This document shows, one piece after another, positions 49,662 to 62,814 of a stretch of DNA of 64,000 nucleotides. The notes under the pieces were generated by a model. The model was not told the origin of the DNA. It did not search any database and was given only the letters and a program-made list of their open reading frames with translations. Source of the stretch: Mobula hypostoma (lineage: Eukaryota); assembly GCF_963921235.1 (NCBI RefSeq), contig NC_086097.1:178932001-178996000 (forward strand), read 5' to 3'. The stretch's first letter is position 1, and the number at the start of each line of letters is the position of its first letter. The position numbers and the translations under genes were made by a program.

Positions 49662-52084
49662 TGCTCAAACCGGATGAAGGGTCCCAACCCGAAACATCAA
49701 CAATCCATTTCCATTCACAGATGCTACCTGATCCATTCAGTTCCTCTAGTGATTTGTGTGTTACCTCAAAAAGATTTAAGATGTGCTGCTATAAGTTTCC
49801 CTAAACGAATACACCAGTCTTATGGAAAGGTTGCCCGGAGTCAAGGGTCTGAGGTATAGGGAGAGGTTGGGCAGTGTGGGACTTTATTCCTTGGAGTGTG
49901 GGATACTGAGGGGTGATCTTATAGAGGTGAGGTGTATAAAATCATGAGGGGCATAAATAGGATGATTGCAACACGCTCAAAATACTAAAGGAACTCAGCA
50001 GGCCAGGCAGCATCTCTGAAGGGAAATAAACAGTTGACTTTCTGGGCCGAGACCCTTCATCAGGACTGGAAAGGAAGAGGGCAAAAGCCAGAATAAGAAG
50101 GGAGAGGATTACAAGCTGGCTGGTGATAGGTGAACACCAGGTGATAGGGTGGTGGATGCGTAGGCAAAGGGGAATGAAGAAGCTGGGAGTAGATAGGTGG
50201 AAAATGTAAAGGGCTGAAGAAGAGGAAATCTGGTAGGAGAGGAGAATAGACCATGGAAGTAATAGAAGGAGGAGGATATGCAGATGAGGAGAAAGGGTGA
50301 GGGGGCAACCAGAATAGGGGATGGAAGAAGAGAGAAGGGGGAAGGAGGGAGAAATTACAGGAAGGCAGAGAATTTACTCAGTTTTTTTTCCCCTGGGCAT
50401 TGGGAATCAAGAACTAGATGGTTTAGGTTTAAGGTGAGCAGGAAGAGATTTAATAGGAAATTTAAAGAGGGGTAACTTTTTCACACAGAGAGTGGTTAAG
50501 ATGTGGAATGAGCTGCCAGAAGTCGTGGTTGAGGCAGGTATAGTAACAACATTTAAAAGGCATTTTGGACAGGTACATGGATAGAAAAGGTTTCGAGGGA
50601 TATGGGCCAAATGAGGGCAAATGGGTCTGGCTTAGTTGGGCTCCTTGGTCAGCATGGATAAGTTGGGCTGAAGGACATGACCACATATGACGCAAAGACT
50701 TTACGGGGGATGTCAAAGGAAGATCTACTACATAGAGAGTGGTGGTGTGTGCAAAACACTGCCAGGTGTGGAATGAGGGACATTTAAGAGACTCTTAAAT
50801 AAAAACGTGGATGATAGAAAAATGGGTGGCTGTGTGGGAGGGATGTGTTCGATTGATCTTGGAGAAGGTTAAAAGGTCAGCACATCATTGTGGGCTGAAT
50901 AGCCTGTATTGCTATGCATTGTTCTATGTTCAGTGCCTCTATCCTGGGAGCTCTGGTCCATGACCAGTCAAAGCAGAGAAGGAGTATTCTGGATGGGATG
51001 AAGAACCATAAATGGGGGCACAGACAATCCCATCTGAAGTGATGAACCCCCTCATAAACTACCCAGTCAATTACCTACTGCCCATCTATGCAATCTGTGA
51101 CTCCCACACAAACCTCAGAACCAAGAAAACCATAGGACTTTAAGATATAGGAGCAGAATTAGTCTGGGTCTGCTCCACCATTCAATCATAGATGATTTTT
51201 TTCTTACCCACTTTCTCCCTATAACCTTTAACCCCCCTTAACAATCAAGAACCTTTCAGTCGTTCTCTTAAGTATACCTTTGCAGACCTGCGTGACAGTG
51301 AATTGCACAGACCCTCCAACCTTGAGTTGAAGAAATCCCTCATCTCAGTCATAAAGGCATGTCCCTTTACTCTGAGGTTGTGCTCTCAAATCCCAGGCTC
51401 TCCTAGTAATGGAAACATCCTCTCCACGTCCATTCTATTCAGGCCTTTCAGTATTCAGAAGGTTTCTATGAAGTCCCTCCCTCACCTTCTGAACTGATGA
51501 AAGTAACTAATCCTTGAACCCAAGGGATTACTTCATAAAAGAAATGAGAGGCTCTGACTCTTGGGCCAAGACTGCTTCCCACAGTCACAAGGGCAGAGAG
51601 ACTGAGGTGGGTGGGAGACTCAAGCTGCCAGTCAAACATGTGGGGAAGAGTGTTAGACAGAGGCAGCATCAAATTTGACAGAGTGGTCTTTGCTGCTAAC
51701 ATTTCATAGTCTATCCCCCAATGGTACAACGTTGTGTTGCGATTAAATCGAGAATTAACAGCAGTGATCTACTGGGAGTCGGTGACAATTACGGAACATG
51801 TTGAAATAATTTTGCTTTCTTTACTGGTAGACTGTTGAGCTGTCTACATGCATGAGATAAAAGGATATTTATGCTGATTGTTGACAGTGTCTCTGGAGTG
51901 ATGGCCCACTGACTGTTTCTTTGATAAAGAGTTGAAAGTTCAGAAAAGTGACAGTTCAATGCAAGAACTTGACACCAACTTAATTATAACAGGAGGGATT
52001 GACAACAGCAATGAATGGCAGGTTCTGCCATGCATTAGAAATCAAAGAAGACAATTCCACCAGGGGTGATCAGATCTAGAGTTA

Positions 52085-52580
52085 GACCACAAGATATAGG
52101 AGCAGAATTAGGCTATTTGGCCCATCAAGTTTGCTCTGCTATTCAATCAGAGCTGATATTTTTCTCAAGCCCATTCTCCTGCCTACTCCTGTAACCTCTA
52201 ACCCCTCATCAATCAAAGATCCACAGTGTTAATCCCTGCCTCAAATACGCCCAGTAACTTGGCCTCCACATCTCTGTTGCAATGAATTCCACAGTTCAAC
52301 CACCCTCTGGCTGTAAAAATTCCTCCCTATTTCAGTTCTAAAAGGATGCTCCTTTAGTCTGAGGCTGTACCCTCAGATTCTAGACTCTCCTAGTGATGAA
52401 TAGCATAGAAGCATTCCAGAAACATCAAATGCCTCTCATATGTTAAGCCTTTCATTCCTGGGATCATTCTCGTGAAATTCCTCTGGACCCTCTCCAGGGC
52501 CAGCACAGGCTTCCTTAGATATGGGACCCAAAATTGCTCAAAATATTCTAAACGGGTCTAACCAACACCTTATAACATCC
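52085..52580 (-). mobile_element. CR1 LINE 3' fragment
   Basis: Homologous to 26550-27100 and 59900-60465. Confidence 0.8.
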
Positions 52581-53363
52581 CAAAGACATCACACATTCCT
52601 CATACATTTATTAATATAAGATAGCTGCCCAGTTAGGTTACAGGGAACATTGAGAATGTGTAACACACTCCCACAGGGAGGGTTGGGATTCCGGAGTGAT
52701 GTTAGTTTGGTTTCTGGGGCAGAGTCACACTCAGGTGTCAGTAGCTTCCTGGGAAAAATAGAGAAAGCAGTGTCCTTAAAATAATAGGCAATTGAAAGAT
52801 ACTGGTGTTCAAAATGAACTTGGCATCCACGTATACAATCCACTGAAAGTTAACGTAATTAGAGCAAACAACTGGCACGCTGGGATTTTGTGTTCTCCAG
52901 CACACAAATCCTCTTGCTTTAGTCTAAGAGGACTCATGTGCCTGAGAAGACAAAATGGACATTGCCCTGTTGAGAACAGACCTGGGACATTTCATGCAGA
53001 TTGGGCCTCAACTATCTACATAGGATCCATGGACAGGGGAGTGGAATGGCAATTCATGAAGTTGAGTGCTACAAAGGGCTCAGCTAGTTGGGGTGTGTTA
53101 GCTGTTTGCTGTGTGGTTAAGAAGACTGAGCCAATCTCCTCACTAGAGTTTAGAAGAATGAATGACGACCTCTTTGAATTCTTCACAGGCTCATCAAGGA
53201 AATGCGGGATTCCATTTCCTACTGGCTGGGGTGTACAGTGTTTGTGTAAGGGTTGTTCTTGCCTGAGTGGCAGAAGGCAAAGGGAGCCTTTTTCTGGTTG
53301 GATGTGGATGACTAGTGGTGTTCCGCAGAGGTCAGTGTTGGGTCCTCTGGTTTTCACATTATA

Positions 53364-54065
53364 CAAGGAGTGATTGATATGTTCATGGCCTAAGGTAGAA
53401 GGAGTCAATTTTAGAAAACCTAGTACATTTATTTTTCAACATAGTACCCTTCTACATTTACACACTTAGTCCAGCAGTCGTGGAGCATATGGATCTTGGA
53501 CCTCCAGAAAGTATCCACAGATGGGTGATTGATAAGTTTGTGGCCTAAGATGGAAGGAGATATAACCATTCAACCACATAACAATTACAGCACGGAAACA
53601 GGCCATCTCGGCCCTTGTAGTCCGTGCTGAACGCTTACTCTAACCTAGTCCCACTGACCTGCACTCAGCCCATAACCCTCCATTCCTTTCCTGTCCATAT
53701 AGCTATCCAATTTAACTTTAAATGACAACATCTAATGATGAGTTATACAGCTCTCATTACATGCACATGCAGGTCAACTCTGAGTGATTATGCAGAAAGT
53801 TTGAAGTTAATAACTCATCTCCTTCTACCTTGGGCCACGAAGCTATCAATCACCCCTGATGAATTATTAACTGAGGGGTGATTGATAAGTTTGTGGCCAA
53901 AGGTAGAAGGAGTCAGTTTTAGAAAACCTAGCACATTTTTCCTACATTTGCATACTTAGTCCAGCAGTCGCGGAGCATACGGATCCCTTCTTTGTAGAAG
54001 TAGGCATCTTGGACCTCCAGAAAGTGGTCCACCGCGGGTGTGATTGATAAATTTGTGGCCTGATA
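53364..54065. mobile_element. Rearranged Tc1/mariner-derived element (5 TIR copies, transposase C-terminal remnant) inserted in a CR1
   Basis: TA then TIR GGGTGATTGATAAGTTTGTGGCCTAAGGTAGAAGGA at ~53364, 53523, 53873 and 54035, inverted at 53820-53858; minus-strand peptide AVDHFLEVQDAYFYKEGIRMLRDCWTK. Confidence 0.85.
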
Positions 54066-54099
54066 CCACATCGTAAGTGGTATGGCGTATCCAGGGATA

Positions 54100-54650
54100 T
54101 ACCACATTTGGAGTATTGTGAGCAATTTTGGGTTTTGTATCTAAGAAAAGATCTGCTGGCATTGAAAGAGGTCCAGAAGTGGTTTACAAAAATAATCCTG
54201 GGAATGAAAGGGTTAACATCTAAGGAATGTTTGCTGGCTCTGAGCCTGTACTCACTGGAAGAATGAGATGTGGAACTCACTAAAACCTAACAAATATTGA
54301 AAGACCTAGATAAAGTGGATGTGGAGAGGATGTTTCCTATCATGGAAGAGTTTTGGACCAGAGGGCAAAGCCTCAGAATAGAAATATGTCCATTTAGTAC
54401 CGAGATGAGGAGGAATTTCTCCAGGGGGTTCTGAATCTATGGAGTTCAATGCCACAGACAGCTGTGGAGGGCAAGTCATTGGGTATATTTAAAGCAGAGC
54501 TTGATAGGTTCTTGATTAGTCAAAGGTTATGGAGAGAAGGCAGAAGAATGGGTTTGAGAAGCAAAATAAATTTGCCACAATCAAATCACTGAGCAGACTC
54601 GATGGGCTGAATGGCCTAATTCTGCTCCTGACTCTTATGGTCTTATGGTC
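54100..54650 (+). mobile_element. CR1 LINE 3' fragment (continuation of 53250-53363)
   Basis: PHLEYCEQFW..LRKDLLALKEVQKWFTK; the left piece has TSGVPQRSVLGPLVF. Confidence 0.85.
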
Positions 54651-54859
54651 ACCATTCAAGCCAGAGATTTCTTCACCCAGAGGGTGGTGAATCTATGGAA
54701 GTCTCTCCCTAAGGTGGCTAGTGAGTGTATTCATGATGGAGACTGGCAGACATGTCTCAGCTCTAGTAAATACACGCTAATGGTTAGTGCAGGAGAATGG
54801 GGCTGAGATAAAAGATCAGCAATGATCAATTTAATGAAGGGGCAAGTTTGAGGGTCTGA

Positions 54860-55135
54860 CTAAGAGGGGTGTAGGGGCTGGAGTGAAATAGGGAGGCATG
54901 TTGGTGATGCAAAGGGTTACAGAGACAGGGAGGGATGTAGAGGCTGGAGGGGACTACAATGATAGTGAAAGGTGTAAGAAGAAGGGTTAAAAGATAGGGA
55001 GGGTGTTGGCACCAGAGGGGGATACAGAAGTAAGGAGGCGTATAGAGGCCAAAGGGGGTTACTGAGAAGGGAAGATGTGTATGGGCCTAAGGGGTTTACA
55101 GAGACAGGGAGGGGTGTAGGAGCTAGGATGATTAG
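54860..55135. repeat. Degenerate purine-rich tandem repeat
   Basis: GGGTTACAGAGACAGGGAGGG.TGTAG.GGCTGGA-like units. Confidence 0.7.
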
Positions 55136-58100
55136 AAGCCAGAGAGTGCCTGAAACATCAATATTTCCTTGACAACCCCACAACCAAACTCACGTCACTT
55201 ACAAACAAGCTGTCGCAACCTGTCATTCAGTGTGACAACTTGCCTGGCTTTCCGCTTCTCCAAAGGAAAGGAAACAGTTAAAGTCTTTTACCATTGCTCC
55301 TCCTTGGCCTTTGTCCCAGAAAGCCAGTGATGCCTTGTGACTCTTGTTGGACTTGGCCTGCTCTCAGTGGATGCACGAACGTAGCGGAAATTGACTAGCT
55401 CTTTCTGTTCCCGTGACTGCCCTCTGCCCAGACATGGAACTGAGGAATCCCCAACGGCCATATCTGAACATCTCATTGTTCAGACTTCCTATCAATTTCT
55501 TCTTGCAGTCCTTTTCCCTGTGTATTGACAGTCTCTGGTTTGTTGTCACTTAATCGGCCAGCCAAGGAAATTAGCAAAATCTGTTAGTGTTACAGCACAG
55601 AAACAGGCCCTTTGGCAAACCAGTCCATCACAACCAAGCTTCACACCTACAGCTAGTCCCAGTTGCCCATGTTTGGCCCATAACTGTACCTTTCCTGTGC
55701 ATGAACCTGTTCACAGGCCTTTTATGTGTTGTCAATGTACTTGCCTCAACTACTTCCTCTGGCAGCTCGTTCCATTTACTTACCACTCTCTGGGTGAAAG
55801 GATTGCCCCTCAGTTTCCTATTAATTCACCTTAAACGTGTGTCCTCTAGTTCTTGACCTTTATAAGAGTATCCATTATTCTCTTGAGCTCCAGTGAAAAC
55901 AGACGCAACCTACTCAAATTCTCTCCAGAACTACCCTTTGTATCCTGGCAATGTCCTCATAAATCTCCCTTACATTCTTTCCAGTTTAATGTCATCTTTC
56001 CCATTGCAGAGTGACCAAGACACCAAATACAGTATTCCAAATGCAGCCTCACCAACGTTTTCTGTTCAATGTAAGTGATGTAAATGGTGCCTTTGCGGGA
56101 GTGTCCGAGATACAAGGTCCAGGTCTTTTTGTCTGTTCTAAACTCTGGGCTCCTAAGGGTCAGAGGGCTGAGTCCCTGAGGGAGATCTCTCAGCCCCTTT
56201 CCAGATGGTCACAGGGCTTGTTGTGTGCACATGAGGAGTATAGCAAATAGGGTAATGCCTTACAGTACCAATGATCAGGATTTGATGCTCACCACTGTCT
56301 TTAAGGAGTTTATATGTTCTCCTCGTGATCATGTGGGTTTCCTCCAGAAGTTCCAACTTCCTTCCACATTCCAAAGATGTATAGTTAGTAAGTTGTGTGC
56401 ATGATATGTTGGCACCGGAAGCATGACAACACTTGCAGGCTGCCCCCACCACATCTCGGACTGTCTTGGTTGTTGACACAAACAATGCATTTCATGGTAT
56501 ATTTTGATACTTTGATGTACATTGACAAATAAAGCTCGTCTAATCCTGTAAAGCCATCCGTGGATGAGAGCTATTGGCCTTCCAAAGGAGCCTGGCTCTA
56601 CCTGTCGAGATGTTGGATGAAGACTGCTGCTAATGAGGCCATTGGTGGTCTAAAGGATCGTATGCATTGGTTCAGCTGGCTTCCCCTGGAATCTAAGCAG
56701 AAGCCTTTCTACAGATATTAAATGCTTCTTCCCTTGAGCTAATATTGTCAGTTTTCTCAATATCCTAGTTCCAGGATACTGGTCCCTGCTCTCCCTCCTA
56801 CCCAGCCAATCTCCACACTCTGCCCTCTACCCATTTGTTCCATTGACTCAATCTTACCCGCTCCCACCCCACTCTCATCTCCACGGCCGCCCGGATCTAC
56901 TTCATATACTTGTTAGCCATCCCACATCTCTCAAATCCCTTTGTGTCCCACTCCTTGCTACCTCGCTGAGCTCCCCACTGCTTTCCCATGATGGGCTGCA
57001 GCTGCTCTTATGTTGACTCTCAGTCCTATTCACCACCATAGCCTTCCTTCTGCTGCCGAGTCTTCTCACAGCCCTCCTCAACTATTCTCCCTATCGCTGT
57101 AGTCTCTTGACTCTTCTTTTCCTCCTCAAAAGTCTTGACATCTCACCCAATACACCATCTGCTGGAGGAACCCAGTGGGTCAGGCCGCATCTGTGGAGGG
57201 AAATGAATAGTCAACATTTCATGTCGAGACCTTCCACCTGAAATGCAGTTTCAAGCTGAAATGACAGTCAATTTCCATCCACAGATGCTGCTCCACTGTA
57301 TAGCAGCAAGTCTGTTATTTCACATTCGAACATTGGCAAAATTCAGTATCGACAGGGTGGTGGGTGATGGTGGAGGATTATTTTAATAGTCCTAAATTCC
57401 CTAAATTCTAAATCCTAATCCTAATCTTAATCCTAAATTCAAAAGTTGTTTGTGGCTCCAGCTTCCAACATCTGCTATCCCTTATATCTTGATTGACATC
57501 TCTCCCAATATGTGAAGAGTTGGTTGTTCAACACTGTGGACTGACCAGGGGTTTGTACAGCTGTTTTGATACATATATTACTGATGAAGACATCACTACA
57601 CATCTGCAATTGCCCCTGAACAACTTAAATCAGCACAATGGCCCAGCAAACAGAATTGACACTTCATGGTTCCAGAGAGCAAGGCGGTGCTGGTGCTGTC
57701 TGTGTGGAGTTTGTCCATTTTCCTGATGACTAAGTAGATGATTCGGTTCCCTCCCATACCCCAGAAATGAATAGGCTGGAAGAATTCTGTGCATTTCTGG
57801 TGGCCCCATTAAAGGAAGGACAAAGAGGCTTTGGAGAGGGTGCAAAATGCTGCCTGGATGAGAGGACATGAGCTGTAGTGAGAGGGTGGATAAACTTGGG
57901 TAGAATTCTCTGGAGCAGTGGAGGCTGAGGTGAGACTTGATTGAAGTTTATAAAATTGAGGCATAAACAGGATAAGCAGTCAGTCCTGTACTCTTCTGTG
58001 TTCTACATTGGTTGCTTGCTGTAAATTGCCCCCAGGTGTGAGTAGGACACGCAGGGAGTAATCAGGTAATTAGTGTGGCTTTGCGAAGAGAAGATCCTGC

Positions 58101-59899
58101 CTGACCAATTTGACTGAATTTTTTCAAAAAGTAACAGAATGTTCTGTTAGTAGGCAGTGTGGTTTATGTAGTCTGTGTGGACTTAGTGAGGCCTTTAACA
58201 AGGTCCCACGTGGAAGAATGGCCCAAGAGGTTTGAGTCCAAGGGATCCTAGGCAAATTAAATCCAATACTGACGAGGTGATAGGTGATGGTGGAAGCCTG
58301 TGGCCAGCAGTGCACCACAGGAACCAGAGCTGGGACATTTACTGTTTATTATACACATTAACAAATTGGACATGAATATAGGAGATGTGATTCATAAATT
58401 GCAGTGGGCATGAAATTACTGGCATTGCTGAAAGTAGGAGGTAAGTCTTAGACTACAGAATGATATTGATCAGTTGGTAAAATAGCAGATGAAATTTAAT
58501 CCTGATGAATGCAATGTCATTGCTAAGTAGGGATGGTTATAACATCATGCCCTTTGGCCCACAATGCTTGTGCTGCGCAAAACAGCAAGGTAGATTCATC
58601 CCTTCCGCCTGCGCATGACCCATATCCCTGCATTCCCTGTGTCTGTCTCATCTCTATCGTATCTGCTTCCACTGCCAGCAACAATCCTAGGAATGAGCAT
58701 AGAGTGGTGGACCAGACTTGAGGGGCTGAATAGCCTCCAGTGTTAACTTTTGTTGATTTCTACTTGTGATGCAGAACGATAAAACCAAATATACTTCTTG
58801 TCAAGCAACAAGAATTATTGTGTATTCCCTAACCCAGTTATTGAAGCAGATTAAGATCACCTGATGGCATCAGAAAGCAGAGAGAGGAAAAGAGCAGAAT
58901 TTTTTTCCATTATTTGTATTCCTTTCTTGACACGGCTCTGCTCTAATCCCCATCGAGTTGTACAGAACAATTGCGAGGTATTGACAATGCAGGCAGACCA
59001 TGAATTTCAACGCAGTACAAGCACTACACCATGGTGTTGTACTCTCCGTCTGCCCTTGGCTGATCCTGCCACCTCTTCCCTGATCCTCACATCTCCAGAC
59101 TAGGGTGTCTGCTACTGATAACTCTCTCACTGACTCTTGTGATCAATGCAGCAGCAACTTGTGTTTACACAGTTCCTGCAGTTGCGGCAGTACATTCCAG
59201 CAGTGTTGCTAAATGAAATGACTGGAGTTTCAGGTGGTGGATGAAGTGCCATTGTGGATGGTGTCGAGCTTCTGGTATGTTCTCGAAGCTCAGCTACCAG
59301 AGAAGTGTTTCTGTGGTAGAAGGCAAACTCAGTCTGACCTTTACCCAAGGCTGTTACCCCTCACAGTCACCCTGTTAGCTGGCTCCCAGCTCCATTAATT
59401 CGGGTTCAGTCCCAACCTCCAGTCCTGCGTGTGGAGTTTGCACGTTCTCCCTCTGACCGCATTCATTTCCCCTAGGTGCTCTGGTTTCCCCCCGCACCCC
59501 AAAGATGTACGGATTTCTAGGTTAATTAGCCACCCTAAACTGCCCCTAGGTACAGATAACTGGTAGAATCTGGGGGGAACAAAATGGGATTAGTGTATGA
59601 GCCATGTAAGTATTTGTTTGACGATGAGCATGAACTCAATGGGGCAAACAACCTGTTTCTGTGCTCACTGACTCTAGTCTGAGCCCAGCCAAGGTAGCCA
59701 GAAGTTATAGGAAGGTTGTAAGAAAAAGGTAGAAAATCAACAAGATTTCAGGAAGAACTTCCAGTGAAGGTTTATTGGGACCATTGTCGTTAATGGCGAA
59801 GCGATGGAAATCAGGAAGAGGCTGTGACTGAGCACTCTTTCAATCGCAGCCTCTTCCTGATCTCAGAGCTATAGGAGGAGAAGGGAGAGGTTACCAAAA

Positions 59900-60465
59900 G
59901 ACCATGACACATAGGAGCAGAATTAAGCCACCCAATCCACCAAGTCAACTCTGCCATTCAATCATGGCTGATTTATTATCCTCCTCAATCTAATTTTCCT
60001 GCCTTTCCCCCCATAACCTTTGATGCCCTGACTAAGAACCTATTAACCTCCAATTTAAATGTACCAAATGACTTGGCCTCCACAGATTCATCACCCTCTA
60101 GCTAAAGAAATTCCTCCTCATCTCAATTCTAAAGAAATGTCCCTCCATTCTGAGACTTTTCAATATTTGGCAGTTTTCAGTGAGATCCCCCTCATTCTTA
60201 TAAACTCCAGCAAGAACAAGCTCAGAGCCATCAAAGTTCCTCATGTGTTAGCCTTTTCATTTCTGAGATCAGTCCCGTGAACCTCCTCTGGACCCTCTCC
60301 AATGCCAGCACATCCTTTCTTAGGTATGGAGCCCAAAACTGCTCACAATACTCTATAAGTGCAGTTTGACCAATGTCTTATAAAGCCTCAGCATTACATC
60401 CTTGCTTTTTATATTCTAGTCCTCTTTACTGAATGCTAACACTGCACTTGCCATCCTTCCTACCA
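59900..60465 (-). mobile_element. CR1 LINE 3' fragment
   Basis: ATAGGAGCAGAATT.. tail plus RT C-terminal remnants. Confidence 0.8.
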
Positions 60466-62814
60466 ACCATCCTGATATGGAGGGGAGGTTGAGTAGATGT
60501 ATGGCTATCCTGGATACCTAGATCAACACATCCTCCAGGCTGGTTACAAGTGAAGGACCAGGTTGTGTCTCTCTCCTGATTCTATGCTCTGGTGTACCGT
60601 GACTTGTAGGAGAGTGGGTTGTAAATGCTCTGGACCGTACAGACTGCTGCTGTCTCTATATTTTTTAAAGCTGACAGACTAATGCTGCACAGCTAATACT
60701 GTCAAGAAAAACAAAATATACTCTGTGTATTTCCTGACAGCGAGCACCATGTACTGTTAGCTCTGTCAGAGTTTCAGTCGAAGGAATTCCTGAGTGTTTG
60801 AAGGCAGAGGGAGAGATTGTATGGGCTTACCCTGACCTTTTGGCCAATTTAACAGGGAAAGTTTAGGGCAAAAGTAAACCAGAATTGATATGAAAATTAT
60901 GTGACCAGAGGCAATATTGGACTGGTTTATTATTGTTGCATGTACTGAGATACAACGAAAAGCTTTTGTTTTGTGTGGCTTTCAGACAAATCATTCCATA
61001 CATACCTGCCTCACGGTAATACAAAAGAAAAGGGAATGTAGAATATACTGTTACAGTTACAGGGAAAGTCCAGTGAAGTTAAACGTACGAAGTGCATGGG
61101 CCGCAATGAGGTAGATTGGGAGATCAAGAAGTAATGTTTTAGCATATGAGGGAGTGTGATAAGAATGGAATAGAAGCTGTCCTTGAGCCTGGTGGTAAAT
61201 GCTTCCAGAATTTTCTGCTGCCTGATGGGAGAGGGAGAAGAGAGAATGTCTGGGGTGGGTGGGTCTTTGATTATGCTGGCTGCTTTACTGAGGCAGTGCA
61301 GTGAGAAATGTAGATAGAGGTGAGAATGCTTTCCATGAGGTACTGAGCCGGGTCCACACCTCTCTGTAGCTTCTTATGGTTACAGGCAGAGCAATTACCA
61401 TAGCAAGCCATGATGCACAAGGTTGGAATGCTTTCTATATCTGTAAAAATTGCTGAGGGTCATCAGGGACGTGCTAGATTCTGATTAGATAGAGACGCTG
61501 GTAAGCTTTCTTAGTCATAGTGGTAGGACCAGGACAAATTGTTGGTGAAATTTACACCTTGTCCACATCCAATCAACAAATTTTGCTGCCTCATTTAGGA
61601 AAGAGAAAAGAGTTTCATTAGAAAGATGACGATGTAAAAAGCAGGATAAGGGATAAGACACTCAGATTCTTGAACCTGTCCCATCATTCACCGGGAATGC
61701 AACCACTCTGGGCTTGGTCTCAGCTCCACCTCTCTCCTTGTTCCTTGTAATCCTCAACTCCCCATGGACTAAAGTGAGTTCCCCACAACCTTGTCCACAT
61801 CCCATGACTCCATCTGCACAAGTCTCCCACGGAGAAAATGCAATTTTTACCTGTTCTTCTCCATCTGAAAAGAGTGACCCCTTTGCACTGAAACTCTGCC
61901 CCTTTGGCCTACATCACTTTACTGGGGAAAACATTCCCTTAGCCTCCACCATGTCAACTCCCACCCTCCTCCCTCAGAATCTTGGAAGGTTTAATAAAGT
62001 CAGTTTTCAACTGTCTGAACTCCAATAAGTGTGCGTCAAGCTGCATTTGTGGGTGATAGGAATAGTCAAAGTTCCGGGTTGAAACCCTGCATCGAAAAGG
62101 TCAGCAGTTCCCCTGCCCCCATCAGTTGCTGCTTAACCTGCTGAGTTCCCCCTGCATTTTGGTGTTGGCCTCAATCTGTAGTCTCTTGTGTGTGCGCTTG
62201 GTCCCTCTGCTCTGGGCAGCTTCCCCCGGTCCACACCACTCCCTCCAACTATCTAATCTACAGCTGCATGGACTGAGGTTACAGTGGAGGAGCTCTCCAC
62301 AACGTACTGAGTGCCACAAGGGGAATTAACCTGACTTGGTCCAAAATTAGAGGAATGTCAAATATTCACAAACATTTGAAGGAAGGTGCAATGTTGTGTC
62401 AACAATTAAGCCTGCGGTGAGCAGGTCTGCTTATTTCAAAATCTTGCTTTAACATTTACAATGACTGCCTGTGTTTAAAAGACTTGTACACTGACAGCTT
62501 TTCAAATGTAATATCAAAAACAGTTTGAACATTTACAGACAGGGAACAAAATGGGAAATATGAGACAAAAGAATGATTTTGTGACTGATCTGCAATCCAA
62601 TGCTATCAGTCCACTTTTTGGTATTGGTATTGGCTTATTATTGTCACATATAGTATACATTACCAAGATGCACTGAAAAGCTTGACTTGTTACTGTTTAT
62701 CCCAATCAAATCATTACACAATGCATTGAGCTAGTGTAAGATAAAACAGTAACAATGTAGAACAAAGTGTAAAAGCTAAAAAAAAAATCTAGTGCAGGTA
62801 GATGATAAATTGTT

